Source of the DNA: Pseudomonadota bacterium
GTDB lineage: Bacteria; Pseudomonadota; Alphaproteobacteria; Rhizobiales; Rhizobiaceae
NCBI GenBank assembly: GCA_038525315.1
Contig: JBCBHU010000003.1
Span: forward strand, 219,011 to 283,010
DNA: 64,000 nt
Direction of reading: 5' to 3'
Of this stretch, positions 20,409 to 30,574 are shown in pieces. Position 1 is the stretch's first letter, and each line of letters opens with the position of its first letter. The position numbers and the translations under genes are program-made. Below the pieces are notes generated by a model. That model saw only the letters and a program-made list of their open reading frames with translations. It ran no database searches and was not told the DNA's origin.

Positions 20409-22850
20409 TTAGCTCTTCAAAGGCACCTTGGGGACGGTGCCACCGCCTTTGCGGGTGGGCTTATCGTCTCCGTCGTCCTTCTTTGGTGAAGCCTTCGCTT
20501 CAGTTTTCTTCACTGTTACCTTCTTGGCCGTCTTGCGCTTGGGCGTTGGCTCTTTTTTGGGCTTCACTGGCTTGTCTTCGATGGCCTCCAGCTTCAGCGA
20601 CGTTTCACCGTCCTTCTTCTGAACGCCGACTTTCACCGTGCCGCCCTTTTTCAGTTTTCCGAACAGCACTTCATCCGCCAGCGGCTTCTTGACGTATTCC
20701 TGAATGACGCGGCCCAGCGGGCGGGCGCCCATGCGGTCGTCATAGCCCTTCTCGGCAATCCACTTGATGGCGGCAGGCGTCAGATCGAAGGTCACCCCCC
20801 GCTCGGAAAGCTGAGCTTCCAACTGCATGATGAATTTCTCCACCACCTTGTTGATGACAGAAGATTTCAAACCGGCAAACGGAATGATGGCGTCCAAACG
20901 GTTGCGGAATTCCGGCGCAAACAGGCGGGTAATGGCTTCCATATCATCGCCAGTCCGCTTGGAAGACCCGAACCCGATGGCAGATTTAGCCGCTTCCGCC
21001 GCGCCAGCATTGGTGGTCATCACGAGAATGACATTGCGGAAATCCACTTTCTTGCCGTTGTGGTCCGTCAATTGCCCCGCATCCATCACCTGCAACAAAA
21101 TGTTGAACAGGTCCGGGTGCGCCTTCTCGATCTCATCCAGCAGCAGCACGCAATGAGGGTGCTGATCCACACCATCGGTGAGCAAGCCCCCCTGATCAAA
21201 GCCCACATAGCCGGGAGGCGCACCGATCAGTTTGGAGACAGTGTGGCGCTCCATATATTCTGACATGTCAAAGCGCAGCAATTCCACGCCCATCGTATCG
21301 GCCAACTGTTTCACCACCTCGGTTTTGCCAACACCGGTGGGGCCGGAAAAGAGGTAAGACCCAATGGGCTTGTTAGGCTCCCTCAGACCAGCCCGCGCCA
21401 GTTTGATGGAAGACGTGAGCGCTTCAATGGCCTTGTCCTGACCATAGACCATGCGCTTCAACTGCTCATCGAGATTTTTGAGCACTTCCGCATCGTCCTT
21501 GGACACAGTCTTGGGTGGAATGCGCGCCATGGTGGCGATGGTGGCTTCAATCTCTGCCGTGCCGATGGTCTTCTTGCGCTTTTCGGCTGCCACCAGCATC
21601 TGGCTGGCCCCCGTCTCATCCACCACATCAATGGCCTTGTCTGGCAACTTACGGTCATTGATATACCGGTTCGACAATTCCACCGCCTGCACGATGGCAT
21701 CGTCGGAATATTTCACCTTGTGGAAATCCTCGAAATAGGGCTTCAGCCCTTTCATAATTTCAATGGCGTCGGACACGGAAGGCTCGTTCACATCAATCTT
21801 CTGGAACCGCCGCACCAGCGCCCGGTCCTTTTCGAAGAACTGGCGATATTCCTTGTAAGTCGTCGACCCGATGCAGCGGATCGTCCCACCGGAAAGGGCG
21901 GGTTTGAGCAGGTTGGAGGCATCCATGGCCCCGCCAGACGTGGCCCCTGCCCCGATTACCGTGTGAATTTCATCGATGAACATGATCGCGCCGGGCGTGT
22001 CCTCAATTTCCTTCATCACCTGCTTGAGGCGCTCCTCAAAATCACCGCGATAGCGCGTGCCCGCCAGCAATGTCCCCATATCCAGGGAGAATATGGTGGC
22101 GTCCATTAACACTTCCGGCACATCTTTATCGACGATGCGCTTGGCCAGACCCTCGGCAATGGCCGTCTTGCCCACCCCGGGATCACCCACGTAAAGCGGA
22201 TTGTTCTTGGAACGGCGGCACAGCACTTGAATGGTGCGGTTCACCTCATCCGTGCGCCCGATCAATGGGTCCACTTTGCCGTCCATGGCTTTCTGATTGA
22301 GGTTGACGCAATAGGCAGCCAGCGCCTCGCCCTTCTTGGCCGCGTCGCCCCCTTCCCCATCACCCATGTCAGCATCCATGCCCTCCACGGGGCGGCTTTC
22401 AGAAGCGCCAGCCTTTTTGGCAATGCCATGGGAGATGAAATTCACCGCATCATAGCGCGTCATGTCCTGCTCTTGCAGGAAATAGGCCGCATGGCTCTCC
22501 CGCTCGGCAAAAATGGCTACCAGCACATTGGCCCCGGTGACCTCTTCACGACCGGAAGACTGCACGTGGATGACAGCCCGCTGGATAACGCGCTGGAATG
22601 CGGCGGTGGGCTTGGAGTCCTCGTCCGCATCGCCCACCAAATTGGCCAGCTCAGAATCGATATAGTCCCGCAGCGCTTCGGAAAGCTGCTTCAAATTCAC
22701 ATTGCAGGCGTTGAGCACGGAGACCGCGTCATCATCCTCCACCAGCGCCAGCAACAGGTGTTCCAGCGTGGCATATTCCTGACTGCGATCATTGGCGAAT
22801 GTGAGCGCCTGATGCAGTGCCCGTTCCAGCGAGTCGGTAAAACTTGGCAA
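20409..22850 (-). CDS. clpA: ATP-dependent Clp protease ATP-binding subunit ClpA
   Basis: Clp N-domain ([12 protein letters not shown]) and two AAA+ modules ([16 protein letters not shown]). No ClpB middle domain. Downstream of clpS. TTG start. Confidence 0.97.
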   Translation of the reverse strand: MPSFTDSLERALHQALTFANDRSQEYATLEHLLLALVEDDDAVSVLNACNVNLKQLSEALRDYIDSELANLVGDADEDSKPTAAFQRVIQRAVIHVQSSGREEVTGANVLVAIFAERESHAAYFLQEQDMTRYDAVNFISHGIAKKAGASESRPVEGMDADMGDGEGGDAAKKGEALAAYCVNLNQKAMDGKVDPLIGRTDEVNRTIQVLCRRSKNNPLYVGDPGVGKTAIAEGLAKRIVDKDVPEVLMDATIFSLDMGTLLAGTRYRGDFEERLKQVMKEIEDTPGAIMFIDEIHTVIGAGATSGGAMDASNLLKPALSGGTIRCIGSTTYKEYRQFFEKDRALVRRFQKIDVNEPSVSDAIEIMKGLKPYFEDFHKVKYSDDAIVQAVELSNRYINDRKLPDKAIDVVDETGASQMLVAAEKRKKTIGTAEIEATIATMARIPPKTVSKDDAEVLKNLDEQLKRMVYGQDKAIEALTSSIKLARAGLREPNKPIGSYLFSGPTGVGKTEVVKQLADTMGVELLRFDMSEYMERHTVSKLIGAPPGYVGFDQGGLLTDGVDQHPHCVLLLDEIEKAHPDLFNILLQVMDAGQLTDHNGKKVDFRNVILVMTTNAGAAEAAKSAIGFGSSKRTGDDMEAITRLFAPEFRNRLDAIIPFAGLKSSVINKVVEKFIMQLEAQLSERGVTFDLTPAAIKWIAEKGYDDRMGARPLGRVIQEYVKKPLADEVLFGKLKKGGTVKVGVQKKDGETSLKLEAIEDKPVKPKKEPTPKRKTAKKVTVKKTEAKASPKKDDGDDKPTRKGGGTVPKVPLKS

Positions 22851-22911
22851 AAGCTCGTTCCCTAGGTTCTCAGTCGGGCAGGATGCCCCTGAATTGAGCG
22901 GCTCTCGCCGC

Positions 22912-23328
22912 CTATTTCTTTTCCATCACGCATTGCAGCGGATGCTGGTTTTTGCGCGCGTGGTCCATCACCTGTGTCACCTTCGTCTCGGCAACCTCAT
23001 AGGTGTAGACCCCGCACTCCCCCACGCCGTTTTGGTGAACGTGCAGCATCACCTGTGTGGCCTGTTCGATGTTCATCTGGAAAAACCGTGCCAACACTTC
23101 CACCACAAATTCCATGGGAGTGAAGTCGTCATTGAGCAGCAACACCCGATAAAGGCTCGGTTTTTTAACGCGCGGCTTGGTCTTGGTGATGACCCCGATG
23201 TCAGGGCCGCCACCGCGCTCATCATCGCCGTCGCCGGCATTGCCCGCCATGGAACGGGCGTCAAAATAGACCGGCGTGAAGGTTACCGCCATGTTCTCAT
23301 CTGTTCCCGATTTCGACATCACGTTCAT
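22912..23328 (-). CDS. clpS: ATP-dependent Clp protease adaptor ClpS
   Basis: [17 protein letters not shown]...[24 protein letters not shown]...HPLQCVME. Exact start among several ATGs is uncertain. Confidence 0.95.
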   Translation of the reverse strand: MNVMSKSGTDENMAVTFTPVYFDARSMAGNAGDGDDERGGGPDIGVITKTKPRVKKPSLYRVLLLNDDFTPMEFVVEVLARFFQMNIEQATQVMLHVHQNGVGECGVYTYEVAETKVTQVMDHARKNQHPLQCVMEKK

Positions 23329-23378
23329 GTCTCGTCCTGCTCGTCCAAACTGCCTTTCGCTTACGCGACTGTTTCCTC

Positions 23379-23406
23379 ATATAGGCCGCGCTGCCGAAAG
23401 TTTAAG
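23379..23406 (-). promoter_or_regulatory. Putative RpoH (sigma32) promoter of clpSA
   Basis: Minus strand reads CTTAAA-N15-CCTATAT, one mismatch from the rhizobial RpoH consensus CTTGAA-N15/16-CCTATAT, upstream of a protein quality-control operon. Confidence 0.65.
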
Positions 23407-23620
23407 CCCTGCCCGTGCGGTAACTCAACTGCGGCGAAAGGTGTTTTTTATGGCGAAGTGAACAGAAAAATTTGTGTAGCGATTACAAAGACAAGCGCCA
23501 CGATCACGAGCCTTTGACGAAAATTCGCCACCATCACTTAAGCCTTTAGCAACCACGTCGGTTTACCCAAGAGCCAAGGTCGAAACCGCGTTTGTTCGTG
23601 CGGCGGAGGCCAAAGAGTGT

Positions 23621-25195
23621 GTGTATCCCGGCGCGTTTTCGCCGGCTCTTGAACAGGATTGTGTCGTGCGTATTGCTGCCGGACCGACTGCCCCCGCCCT
23701 CTCGCGGACCCTTAAGCCTTTCGCCCTGCTGCGGGCCTTCTCCATCATCGTCATCACTGCCCTCATGGCCCTTGCGCTGAACCTGGCTGTCGCTGGTGAT
23801 GTGGAAGCTAAGAAGAAGAAGTCCAGCTACAAAAAAGCAAAGGTGACCAAGTCCTACAAAAAGCGCCGCAGCGTGAAGCGACGGGTGCGCAAAACCCGCA
23901 AGGCCCGCCGCGCCCGGGGCAACCCCAAATATGCCGCCTATGTAATTGATGCAAAGACCGGCAAAGTGCTGCATTCGCGCAATGGCCAAGCGCCCCGCTA
24001 CCCCGCTTCGCTGACGAAAATGATGACGGTCTATTTGATGTTTGAAGACATCAAGGCGGGCCGGATCAAGAAATCCACGCGAATCAAAATGACCCGCCAC
24101 GGTGCCCGCCAGGTGCCATCCAAACTGCACATGCGCCCGGGCCAAACCCTGTCGGTGGAACAGGCCATCCTGGCCCTGGTCACAAAATCCGCCAATGACG
24201 TAGCCACCGCCGTTGCTGGCAATCTGGAAGGCTCCGAAGCAGCGTTTGCCAAGCGCATGACACGCACCGCCCGCCGCTTGGGCATGAAGAATACGACCTT
24301 CAAAAACGCCAATGGCCTGACAGCCCGGGGGCAAATTACGACGGCGGCAGACATGGCGCGCCTGGGTCTTGCCCTGCGGGAACATTTCCCCCGCATGTAT
24401 CGCTACTTCCAGACCCGCACTTTCCGCTTCGGCAAACGCCGTTATGGCAATCATAACAAGCTGCTGGGCCGGGTAAGGGGTGTGGATGGTATCAAAACGG
24501 GATACACCCGCGCCTCCGGTTTCAACCTGGTCTCCTCCGTCTCCACCGGCAGGCGCCGCATTGTGGCGGTTGTGATGGGCGGACGCAGCGGGGCCCGGCG
24601 CAATGCCCAGATGAAACGGCTCATCCGTGCCTATTTGCCAAAAGCCAGCCGGGGCGCCCAGCGCCGCCTGGTGGCGCGGCCCAAAGGTGCCAGCCGCAAG
24701 GTCGTGCAGGCCAATGGGGGCGTCGATACACAGGTAATCGCCAAAAAAGCGGCAAATTCCATAGCCAACCGCATCAAAACGGCCCACACACCCGCCACAA
24801 CAAATTCCGTGACTAAGAAAGAGGTCAAAAAGGTCAAAAAGACCATCAAAGCCCTCAACGCTGAGACCCGGCCTGTGCCGCAGTTGCGCCGCACCATCGA
24901 CGCCGACGCTTCCGTGGACCGCAGCACCGTCTCCAGCATTGCAACCCCCAGCGGCTTTCACATTCAAATCGCCGCCTCCGACAACCGCGCCAAAGCGGTG
25001 GCCATGTTGGAGCGGGTTCAAAGCAGAAACCGCAAATTGCTGGGTGCCCGCGAGATTTACACGCAGGAAGTGCTGAAAAACGGTGTCACGCTTTATCGCG
25101 CCCGCTTCACCGGCTTTGCCTCAAAGCGGTCTGCCGAACGGGCCTGCAAGGCGCTAAAGCGCCAGCGCCTGGCCTGTCTCGCCCTGGCCGGTTGA
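23621..25195 (+). CDS. D-alanyl-D-alanine carboxypeptidase (S11) with C-terminal SPOR domain
   Basis: SxxK (PASLTKMMT), SxN (KSAND) and KTG (IKTGYT) motifs. C-terminal IQIAA...LYRARFTGF...AERACKAL is SPOR-like. Start uncertain. Confidence 0.9.
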   Translation: MYPGAFSPALEQDCVVRIAAGPTAPALSRTLKPFALLRAFSIIVITALMALALNLAVAGDVEAKKKKSSYKKAKVTKSYKKRRSVKRRVRKTRKARRARGNPKYAAYVIDAKTGKVLHSRNGQAPRYPASLTKMMTVYLMFEDIKAGRIKKSTRIKMTRHGARQVPSKLHMRPGQTLSVEQAILALVTKSANDVATAVAGNLEGSEAAFAKRMTRTARRLGMKNTTFKNANGLTARGQITTAADMARLGLALREHFPRMYRYFQTRTFRFGKRRYGNHNKLLGRVRGVDGIKTGYTRASGFNLVSSVSTGRRRIVAVVMGGRSGARRNAQMKRLIRAYLPKASRGAQRRLVARPKGASRKVVQANGGVDTQVIAKKAANSIANRIKTAHTPATTNSVTKKEVKKVKKTIKALNAETRPVPQLRRTIDADASVDRSTVSSIATPSGFHIQIAASDNRAKAVAMLERVQSRNRKLLGAREIYTQEVLKNGVTLYRARFTGFASKRSAERACKALKRQRLACLALAG

Positions 25196-25269
25196 CCCTC
25201 TCGTTCAGACCGCGCGTGTTTGCGGCCTGATCCCCTTCGAATTCCAACTTTGTATTGCGTATTGGAACT

Positions 25270-25971
25270 TCACGAATGACGACTCAAAAGAACATCCTTC
25301 GCTTCGTTGATCTTGGCAGCAAGAAAGGTCGATCCGCCGCTGTCGGGATGCGCGCTTTTCATCAAGCGGCGATGGGCCGCCCTGATCTCGGCGGCGGTGG
25401 CGCCCGCAGCAAGCCCCAGCACCTCATAGGCCTCCTCTTGGCCCATGGGTCCCGCGCCCGCCGCGCCAGCCTCCCCCGCACCGGCATCCGTCTCAGTGTC
25501 TTCACGCCATGCGGGGTACCGGCGGTCAAGATACGCCTCTAGCAGGGCGAGCGATTCCGCATCGTCCACAATCTCTCCGTAAAGATCGAAGAGATCGTCC
25601 CTCTCCATGGCATCCAGTTCCGAGCCCTCGTGGCGACCGGCCAAGACGATGCCGTTCATGGCCCCCGTCTCATGGTCCAACTCCATTTCCAACGCGGCGG
25701 ACCGCACATTGGAATGGCTGGCCCCGTGGCTTCCGGTGGACGGTGAACTTAACCGCCCCACCCCGGACCAGCGCCGCCACAACGATATGGCACCCATGGC
25801 CACCATACCGGCGGCCACAAATTGTTTTGCAAACAACAGCCCCACAGCAAGCACACCCAGCACCAGCACCGGAAACATCTTAAGCGCCGACGCCAAGGCT
25901 TTCGGGGGTAAAATTATGAACAACAGCCCCGCCAGCACCACCAGTATGGCGATAATGGAAAATCCACTCAT
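25270..25971 (-). CDS. Membrane-anchored J-domain protein, Pam18/Tim14 (TimB)-like
   Basis: N-terminal TM helices; C-terminal short J-domain AYEVLGL...HRRLMKSAHPDSGGSTFLAAKINEAKDVL with the HPD motif. Confidence 0.85.
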   Translation of the reverse strand: MSGFSIIAILVVLAGLLFIILPPKALASALKMFPVLVLGVLAVGLLFAKQFVAAGMVAMGAISLWRRWSGVGRLSSPSTGSHGASHSNVRSAALEMELDHETGAMNGIVLAGRHEGSELDAMERDDLFDLYGEIVDDAESLALLEAYLDRRYPAWREDTETDAGAGEAGAAGAGPMGQEEAYEVLGLAAGATAAEIRAAHRRLMKSAHPDSGGSTFLAAKINEAKDVLLSRHS

Positions 25972-26702
25972 TTAAGCTGCTCCAGCAAAAGGCGATCGGC
26001 GGCTCCCCCCGCCTTTTCAAGGGCAACCCTGCCACCGGCAGCATAACGCGCCACAGCCTTCAACAAATCCGCCAATTTAGCGGCTGCACCGGGGCCAAAC
26101 CGCATGAAAGCTCCGCCCGAAAGCCGCGCCACCTCACGAAAAGCCAACTCCGCCTGCCGGTCTTGGCCCTCCAGAAACATAAAACAGGGCACTTTCAGCA
26201 TGCCCAACTCCCCCGCCTTCTGGCAAAGCGCATCCACCTGCTCTTCCATGGCATCCCCCACATAGACCAGCGCATCCACGCGCGAGCGCTGACCGTTGAG
26301 CGGATTCTTTTTGGCAGCCTCCTTGCGCACATGGCTCAAAACCTTGCCAATTTGCGTTTGGCCCCCGCGGCAGTCGATGCCCGACATCAAATCGCGCAAT
26401 GCGGAAGGTTTGTTGACCCACCGCGATGCCCGACACTCCCCAAAACCGCGAAAATAAACCAACTGAACGTCCAACCCGCCGGTTTGCTCCACCGCGCCAA
26501 ACATTTCCGCCTGAATGTGCTGGGCCTGATCCCATGTGTGCTGACGACTCATGGTGGCATCCATGGCAAACACCAACCCGCCATTGCCCGCCTCGCTCTT
26601 TTTCAACTTGGAAGCGGCCTTCAAAAATGCGGAAATATCACCTTGCGAGGACGCACCGGCTTTCGGCAGGGATGAGTTTGTTTTGGAAAGATCGCGGGCC
26701 AT
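25968..26702 (-). CDS. VWA domain-containing protein
   Basis: MIDAS-like LVFAMDATMSR, then GGQTQI and LVYVGDAMEE. Stop overlaps the J-domain gene start. Confidence 0.8.
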   Translation of the reverse strand: MARDLSKTNSSLPKAGASSQGDISAFLKAASKLKKSEAGNGGLVFAMDATMSRQHTWDQAQHIQAEMFGAVEQTGGLDVQLVYFRGFGECRASRWVNKPSALRDLMSGIDCRGGQTQIGKVLSHVRKEAAKKNPLNGQRSRVDALVYVGDAMEEQVDALCQKAGELGMLKVPCFMFLEGQDRQAELAFREVARLSGGAFMRFGPGAAAKLADLLKAVARYAAGGRVALEKAGGAADRLLLEQLK

Positions 26703-26782
26703 GCCGCTATATTTGGCACGGATACCCTATCGCACAAGAGGGTATGCCTGCGGCCTTGCGGCCACCGGCATGACAAAGACCG

Positions 26783-27736
26783 TTAGTCCGCAAAAATATC
26801 CGGCAATTCCATAGGCTGCTGGGCCTTTTCCAGCCACGTCTTGCGCGCGGAAGCACGCTTACGTCCCTGCTCATCGATGGGAAGGCGCAGGGAGCGAATG
26901 AGCTTGCGCACTTCTTGCCGCGCCGACAGGTGGGACATGGAGGGCGCACGGTCCAGGCCGATATGGTCCAGATCGTCCAGCGCCGTCAGCCCCATGGGAA
27001 AATATTCCCGAAAAATCACCCGCTCGCTAATGCCATCCGCCGTGCGGAACCCAAGCCGCAGCGACAATTCCTTCACGCAACCTAAAAGGTTCTGCTGATT
27101 GCGCGACGTCAACGAAGACAAACGGTTTCGCACCACAATCCAGTCCAGAAGGCCATTGTCTGCGGCTCGCCGCTGCCGCCGGGCCTCACGCACCATCACG
27201 GCGTAGTGGCTCACATCGGCAATTTCCAGCGTCTTGGGGTCCACCCGGCCCAGCACATCAAAATCCACAAAGGAATCATTCATGGGCGTCACCAAAGTGT
27301 CCGCCATGGAATGGGACAGACGCATCAGGTAGTTGTCAGAACCCGGCGTATCCACCACCACAAAGTCATGGCTGTGTTCCACCTCGGAAACAGCCCGCAC
27401 AAAAGATGAAAAGTCTTCGCTTTGCGCCTCAATCATGCTGTCCAACCGGGCCGTGTCGAAACGGTAATGGTTGGGCAATTCCAGATCGAGACCATTGGTC
27501 TGCGCCCAATTTCGCCGGTTCTGCACGTATCGGGTTAACGACTGCTGGCGGGTATCCAGATCGATCGTCGCCACCTTAAAACCGGATTTCAGCAGGGACA
27601 CGACAATGTGCATGGAGGTCGTGGTCTTCCCCGACCCGCCCTTTTCGTTGCCGCAGACGATGACATGGGCGTTCCGCTTCCGGCGCATGTTGCCGTTGAT
27701 GCGATGAACGCTACCCAAACTCCCCAGACTACCCAT
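26783..27736 (-). CDS. mipZ: Division plane positioning ATPase MipZ (ParA-like)
   Basis: Deviant Walker A VCGNEKGGSGKTT, IDLDTRQ, VVVDTPG, TPMNDSFVDFD and SERVIFREYFPMGLT motifs. Alternative start ATG 27688. Confidence 0.85.
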   Translation of the reverse strand: MGSLGSLGSVHRINGNMRRKRNAHVIVCGNEKGGSGKTTTSMHIVVSLLKSGFKVATIDLDTRQQSLTRYVQNRRNWAQTNGLDLELPNHYRFDTARLDSMIEAQSEDFSSFVRAVSEVEHSHDFVVVDTPGSDNYLMRLSHSMADTLVTPMNDSFVDFDVLGRVDPKTLEIADVSHYAVMVREARRQRRAADNGLLDWIVVRNRLSSLTSRNQQNLLGCVKELSLRLGFRTADGISERVIFREYFPMGLTALDDLDHIGLDRAPSMSHLSARQEVRKLIRSLRLPIDEQGRKRASARKTWLEKAQQPMELPDIFAD

Positions 27737-28093
27737 CGGGCATACCCTTTACACTCAGCACACAGCCCCCTGTATGGCACGCGATCATCGAACCGAGCTC
27801 GCAACAAGAACTCAACGCTGTCGTCACCGGGTGACCACCATGCTCGCGCCCAAACACCATACGCCTGTTACAGTTTTACAAAAGCACAAAATTTGAGACA
27901 ATTCGCGCTTACCCACGGATCAAACGGAATTTACAGTTAATTTGCCGTGCCTTAGCGCACATGACGAACAACCCACCGTCCGATTTTAAGAGTTAGAGAC
28001 AGTAGGCGCAAACGACCGGGGCGTTTGCTAGTGAGCGGATATTGCCGGCGCTAATTACGCTTTGATTCGCGTCAAAGTTGCAATCACGTAGTC

Positions 28094-28522
28094 TTAAAGC
28101 AGGCCCAACTCGCTTAGATCGGCCCGCAAAGCGGCAGGGATCGGCTCGTTGCCCTCCTTGAGATCAGTAGGTGCATCCTCCCCTTTGAGGTAGCGCCACC
28201 CCTGAAAAGGCCGCTTGGGCTGCCATTGGGTTTCCACTAACTTATCGTCCAGCATCAAACGACAGCGCCGAATGCCCGACCGGTCGGTAAAAGGCTCAAT
28301 ACCCACCAGCTTTTGGCGGGCCTGAACCTGCCCCTTGATAACCCAATAGATGGAGCCGCCGTCCATCAATTCATCCACCCGCTTGGGCACCATTCGGGTG
28401 GTGTGAAACCGCGGCCCCGTATGGCCTGCGGAACGCAATAGGCGAAGGTGTTCCCGGTTCCAGCGCTTCAAATCTTCTACGGATTCCGTGCCCACCGACA
28501 ATTTGATGAGGTGCAGGCTCAT
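28094..28522 (-). CDS. DUF1489 family protein
   Basis: LHLIKLSVG, TRMVPKR...GGSIYWVIKG and PKRPFQGWRYL motifs. Confidence 0.8.
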   Translation of the reverse strand: MSLHLIKLSVGTESVEDLKRWNREHLRLLRSAGHTGPRFHTTRMVPKRVDELMDGGSIYWVIKGQVQARQKLVGIEPFTDRSGIRRCRLMLDDKLVETQWQPKRPFQGWRYLKGEDAPTDLKEGNEPIPAALRADLSELGLL

Positions 28523-30516
28523 GCCACGTCCTCCCTTGATTGCACGATCAGCGCCACCTGCCCGTCCGTCGCCTGATCACCAGCAGCGATGGCGAGACCG
28601 GTAATTTGTCCGTCAAAAGGCGCGATAACCGCGTGCTCCATCTTCATGGCCTCCACGGAAAACAGAATATCCCCCTCCTCCACCATGTCGCCATCTGCCA
28701 CAGTCACGGCGATGACCTTGCCATGCATGGGCACCCGGATTGTGCCGTCGCCACCCGATTTTTCGTCTTCAATTAGGGAATAAGTTGGCAGCGAGAAGCG
28801 GTAGTGGTGGCCGTCATTTTGAAGATACAGAACAGGCCGCGCGCCGGAATCATCCAGAAAGACGCCCTCATCCCGCTTCGCGGCTTGATTGAGTGTTCCA
28901 TCTTCCCCCTGCATCTGCAGACCATGGGGGCCGAAACGAACCCGTATATCTTCCAAGACACCATCAATCTCAATCTGGTGCGCCATCTCCCGTGTACCCA
29001 CCAGCTGAAAACCATCCGTTGCGTCAAAGGGATCGTCACCCACAAACAAGCCCTCCTCTTCTTCAAGCCCCAGCAAATGCTCCATGGCCAAGGCCTTGAT
29101 GGCGGTGGAAGGTTCTGGCCGGGCGGTGAAGTCTTCACCCATACGATCGATCAGGCCAGTATCGAAGCGTTCAGCCCGAAAATCTTCCTGCGCCAGAAGC
29201 GCCTGCAAAAAGGGAACATTGGTCGCCAAGCCCATGACGTTGGCAGTCGAAAGGGCCGCCGAAAGGTCTTCCATGGCCGTCATCCGGTCCGAACCGTGTG
29301 CGATTACTTTTGCAATCATCGGATCATAGTGGGGCGAAATGACATCGCCTTGCGTCACGCCGCTATCCACACGAATGCCTTCTGTCTCACCATCCGGCAG
29401 AAAATAGTTGCTTTCCCATTCTAAATCGAACGTGTGCAGCGGCCCACTGGACGGCAAAAACCCCTTGGACGGATCTTCCGCATACAGCCGCGCCTCCATG
29501 GCATGGCCGTTGATGGACAAATCCTCCTGCGCCATGGGCAGTGCCTCACCCGCCGCCACGCGCAACTGCCATTCCACCAGATCAACGCCCGTGATGGCTT
29601 CCGTCACTGGATGCTCCACCTGCAAACGGGTGTTCATCTCCATGAAGAAAAAACCGTCTTCGGAAAGACCGTTGGAGCCGTCGACGATGAATTCCACCGT
29701 CCCCGCCCCTTCGTAATTCACCGCCCGCGCAGCATCACAGGCGGCCTTGCCCATGGCGGCACGGACGGCTTCCGTCATGCCCGGCGCGGGGGCTTCTTCA
29801 ATCACCTTTTGATGGCGGCGTTGCAGGGAGCAATCCCGCTCGAACAGATGCACCACATTCCCCTGGCTGTCGCCAAAGACCTGAATTTCGATGTGGCGTG
29901 GGCTTTCCACAAAGCGCTCGATCAGCACATCATCATTGCCAAAAGCGGCCAGCGCTTCGCGGCGCGCTGCCTCCAGTGCATCGTCAAATTCTAGCGCGCG
30001 GGAAACTTTGCGCATGCCCTTGCCGCCGCCTCCGGCCACGGCCTTTATGAGGACCGGATAGCCGATTTCGTAAGCTTTGCGCTTGAGGAAATCGGCCGTT
30101 TGGTTGTCACCGTGATAGCCCGGCACCACCGGCACCCCGGCGTCCTGCATGATCTTCTTGGCGCGGTCTTTTAGGCCCATAGCCCGGATGGCCGATGGTG
30201 CTGGACCGACAAATTTAATACCGGCCTCCCCCACCTGCTCCGCAAAATCCGCATTTTCAGACAGAAAACCGTAGCCGGGGTGAATGGCATCCGCCTCTGT
30301 GGATTTCGCCACAGCGAGAATGCGATCCATCCGCAGGTAGGAATCAGTGGCGGCAGCGCCGCCCACGTGGTGGGCTTCATCAGCCTCCCGCACATGCCGG
30401 GCATGGGCGTCCGCGTCCGAATATACGGCAATGGTATGGATGCCCATATTCTGGGCGGTTCGCATGATACGGCAGGCGATTTCGCCTCTATTGGCGATGA
30501 GAAGTCTTTTAATCAT
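28519..30516 (-). CDS. Acyl-CoA carboxylase alpha subunit (biotin carboxylase + BCCP; methylcrotonyl/propionyl-CoA type)
   Basis: LLIANRGEIACR, HPGYGFLSEN, ERDCSLQRRHQKVIEEAP and EMNTRLQVEHPVTE motifs; biotinyl motif EAMKMEH. Confidence 0.92.
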   Translation of the reverse strand: MIKRLLIANRGEIACRIMRTAQNMGIHTIAVYSDADAHARHVREADEAHHVGGAAATDSYLRMDRILAVAKSTEADAIHPGYGFLSENADFAEQVGEAGIKFVGPAPSAIRAMGLKDRAKKIMQDAGVPVVPGYHGDNQTADFLKRKAYEIGYPVLIKAVAGGGGKGMRKVSRALEFDDALEAARREALAAFGNDDVLIERFVESPRHIEIQVFGDSQGNVVHLFERDCSLQRRHQKVIEEAPAPGMTEAVRAAMGKAACDAARAVNYEGAGTVEFIVDGSNGLSEDGFFFMEMNTRLQVEHPVTEAITGVDLVEWQLRVAAGEALPMAQEDLSINGHAMEARLYAEDPSKGFLPSSGPLHTFDLEWESNYFLPDGETEGIRVDSGVTQGDVISPHYDPMIAKVIAHGSDRMTAMEDLSAALSTANVMGLATNVPFLQALLAQEDFRAERFDTGLIDRMGEDFTARPEPSTAIKALAMEHLLGLEEEEGLFVGDDPFDATDGFQLVGTREMAHQIEIDGVLEDIRVRFGPHGLQMQGEDGTLNQAAKRDEGVFLDDSGARPVLYLQNDGHHYRFSLPTYSLIEDEKSGGDGTIRVPMHGKVIAVTVADGDMVEEGDILFSVEAMKMEHAVIAPFDGQITGLAIAAGDQATDGQVALIVQSREDVA

Positions 30517-30574
30517 GGCCTATCTTACCGCTCTCCCTGCCCCGGCGGTAGCGGCAAATGGGCGGATTAACAGA

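Noticed and set aside
27740-28090. Hidden small gene or sRNA in the 350-nt gap between DUF1489 and mipZ
   Set aside because: Only a short hairpin (gcaaacg...cgtttgc) and weak ORFs without an RBS are present; no RNA family is recognisable.
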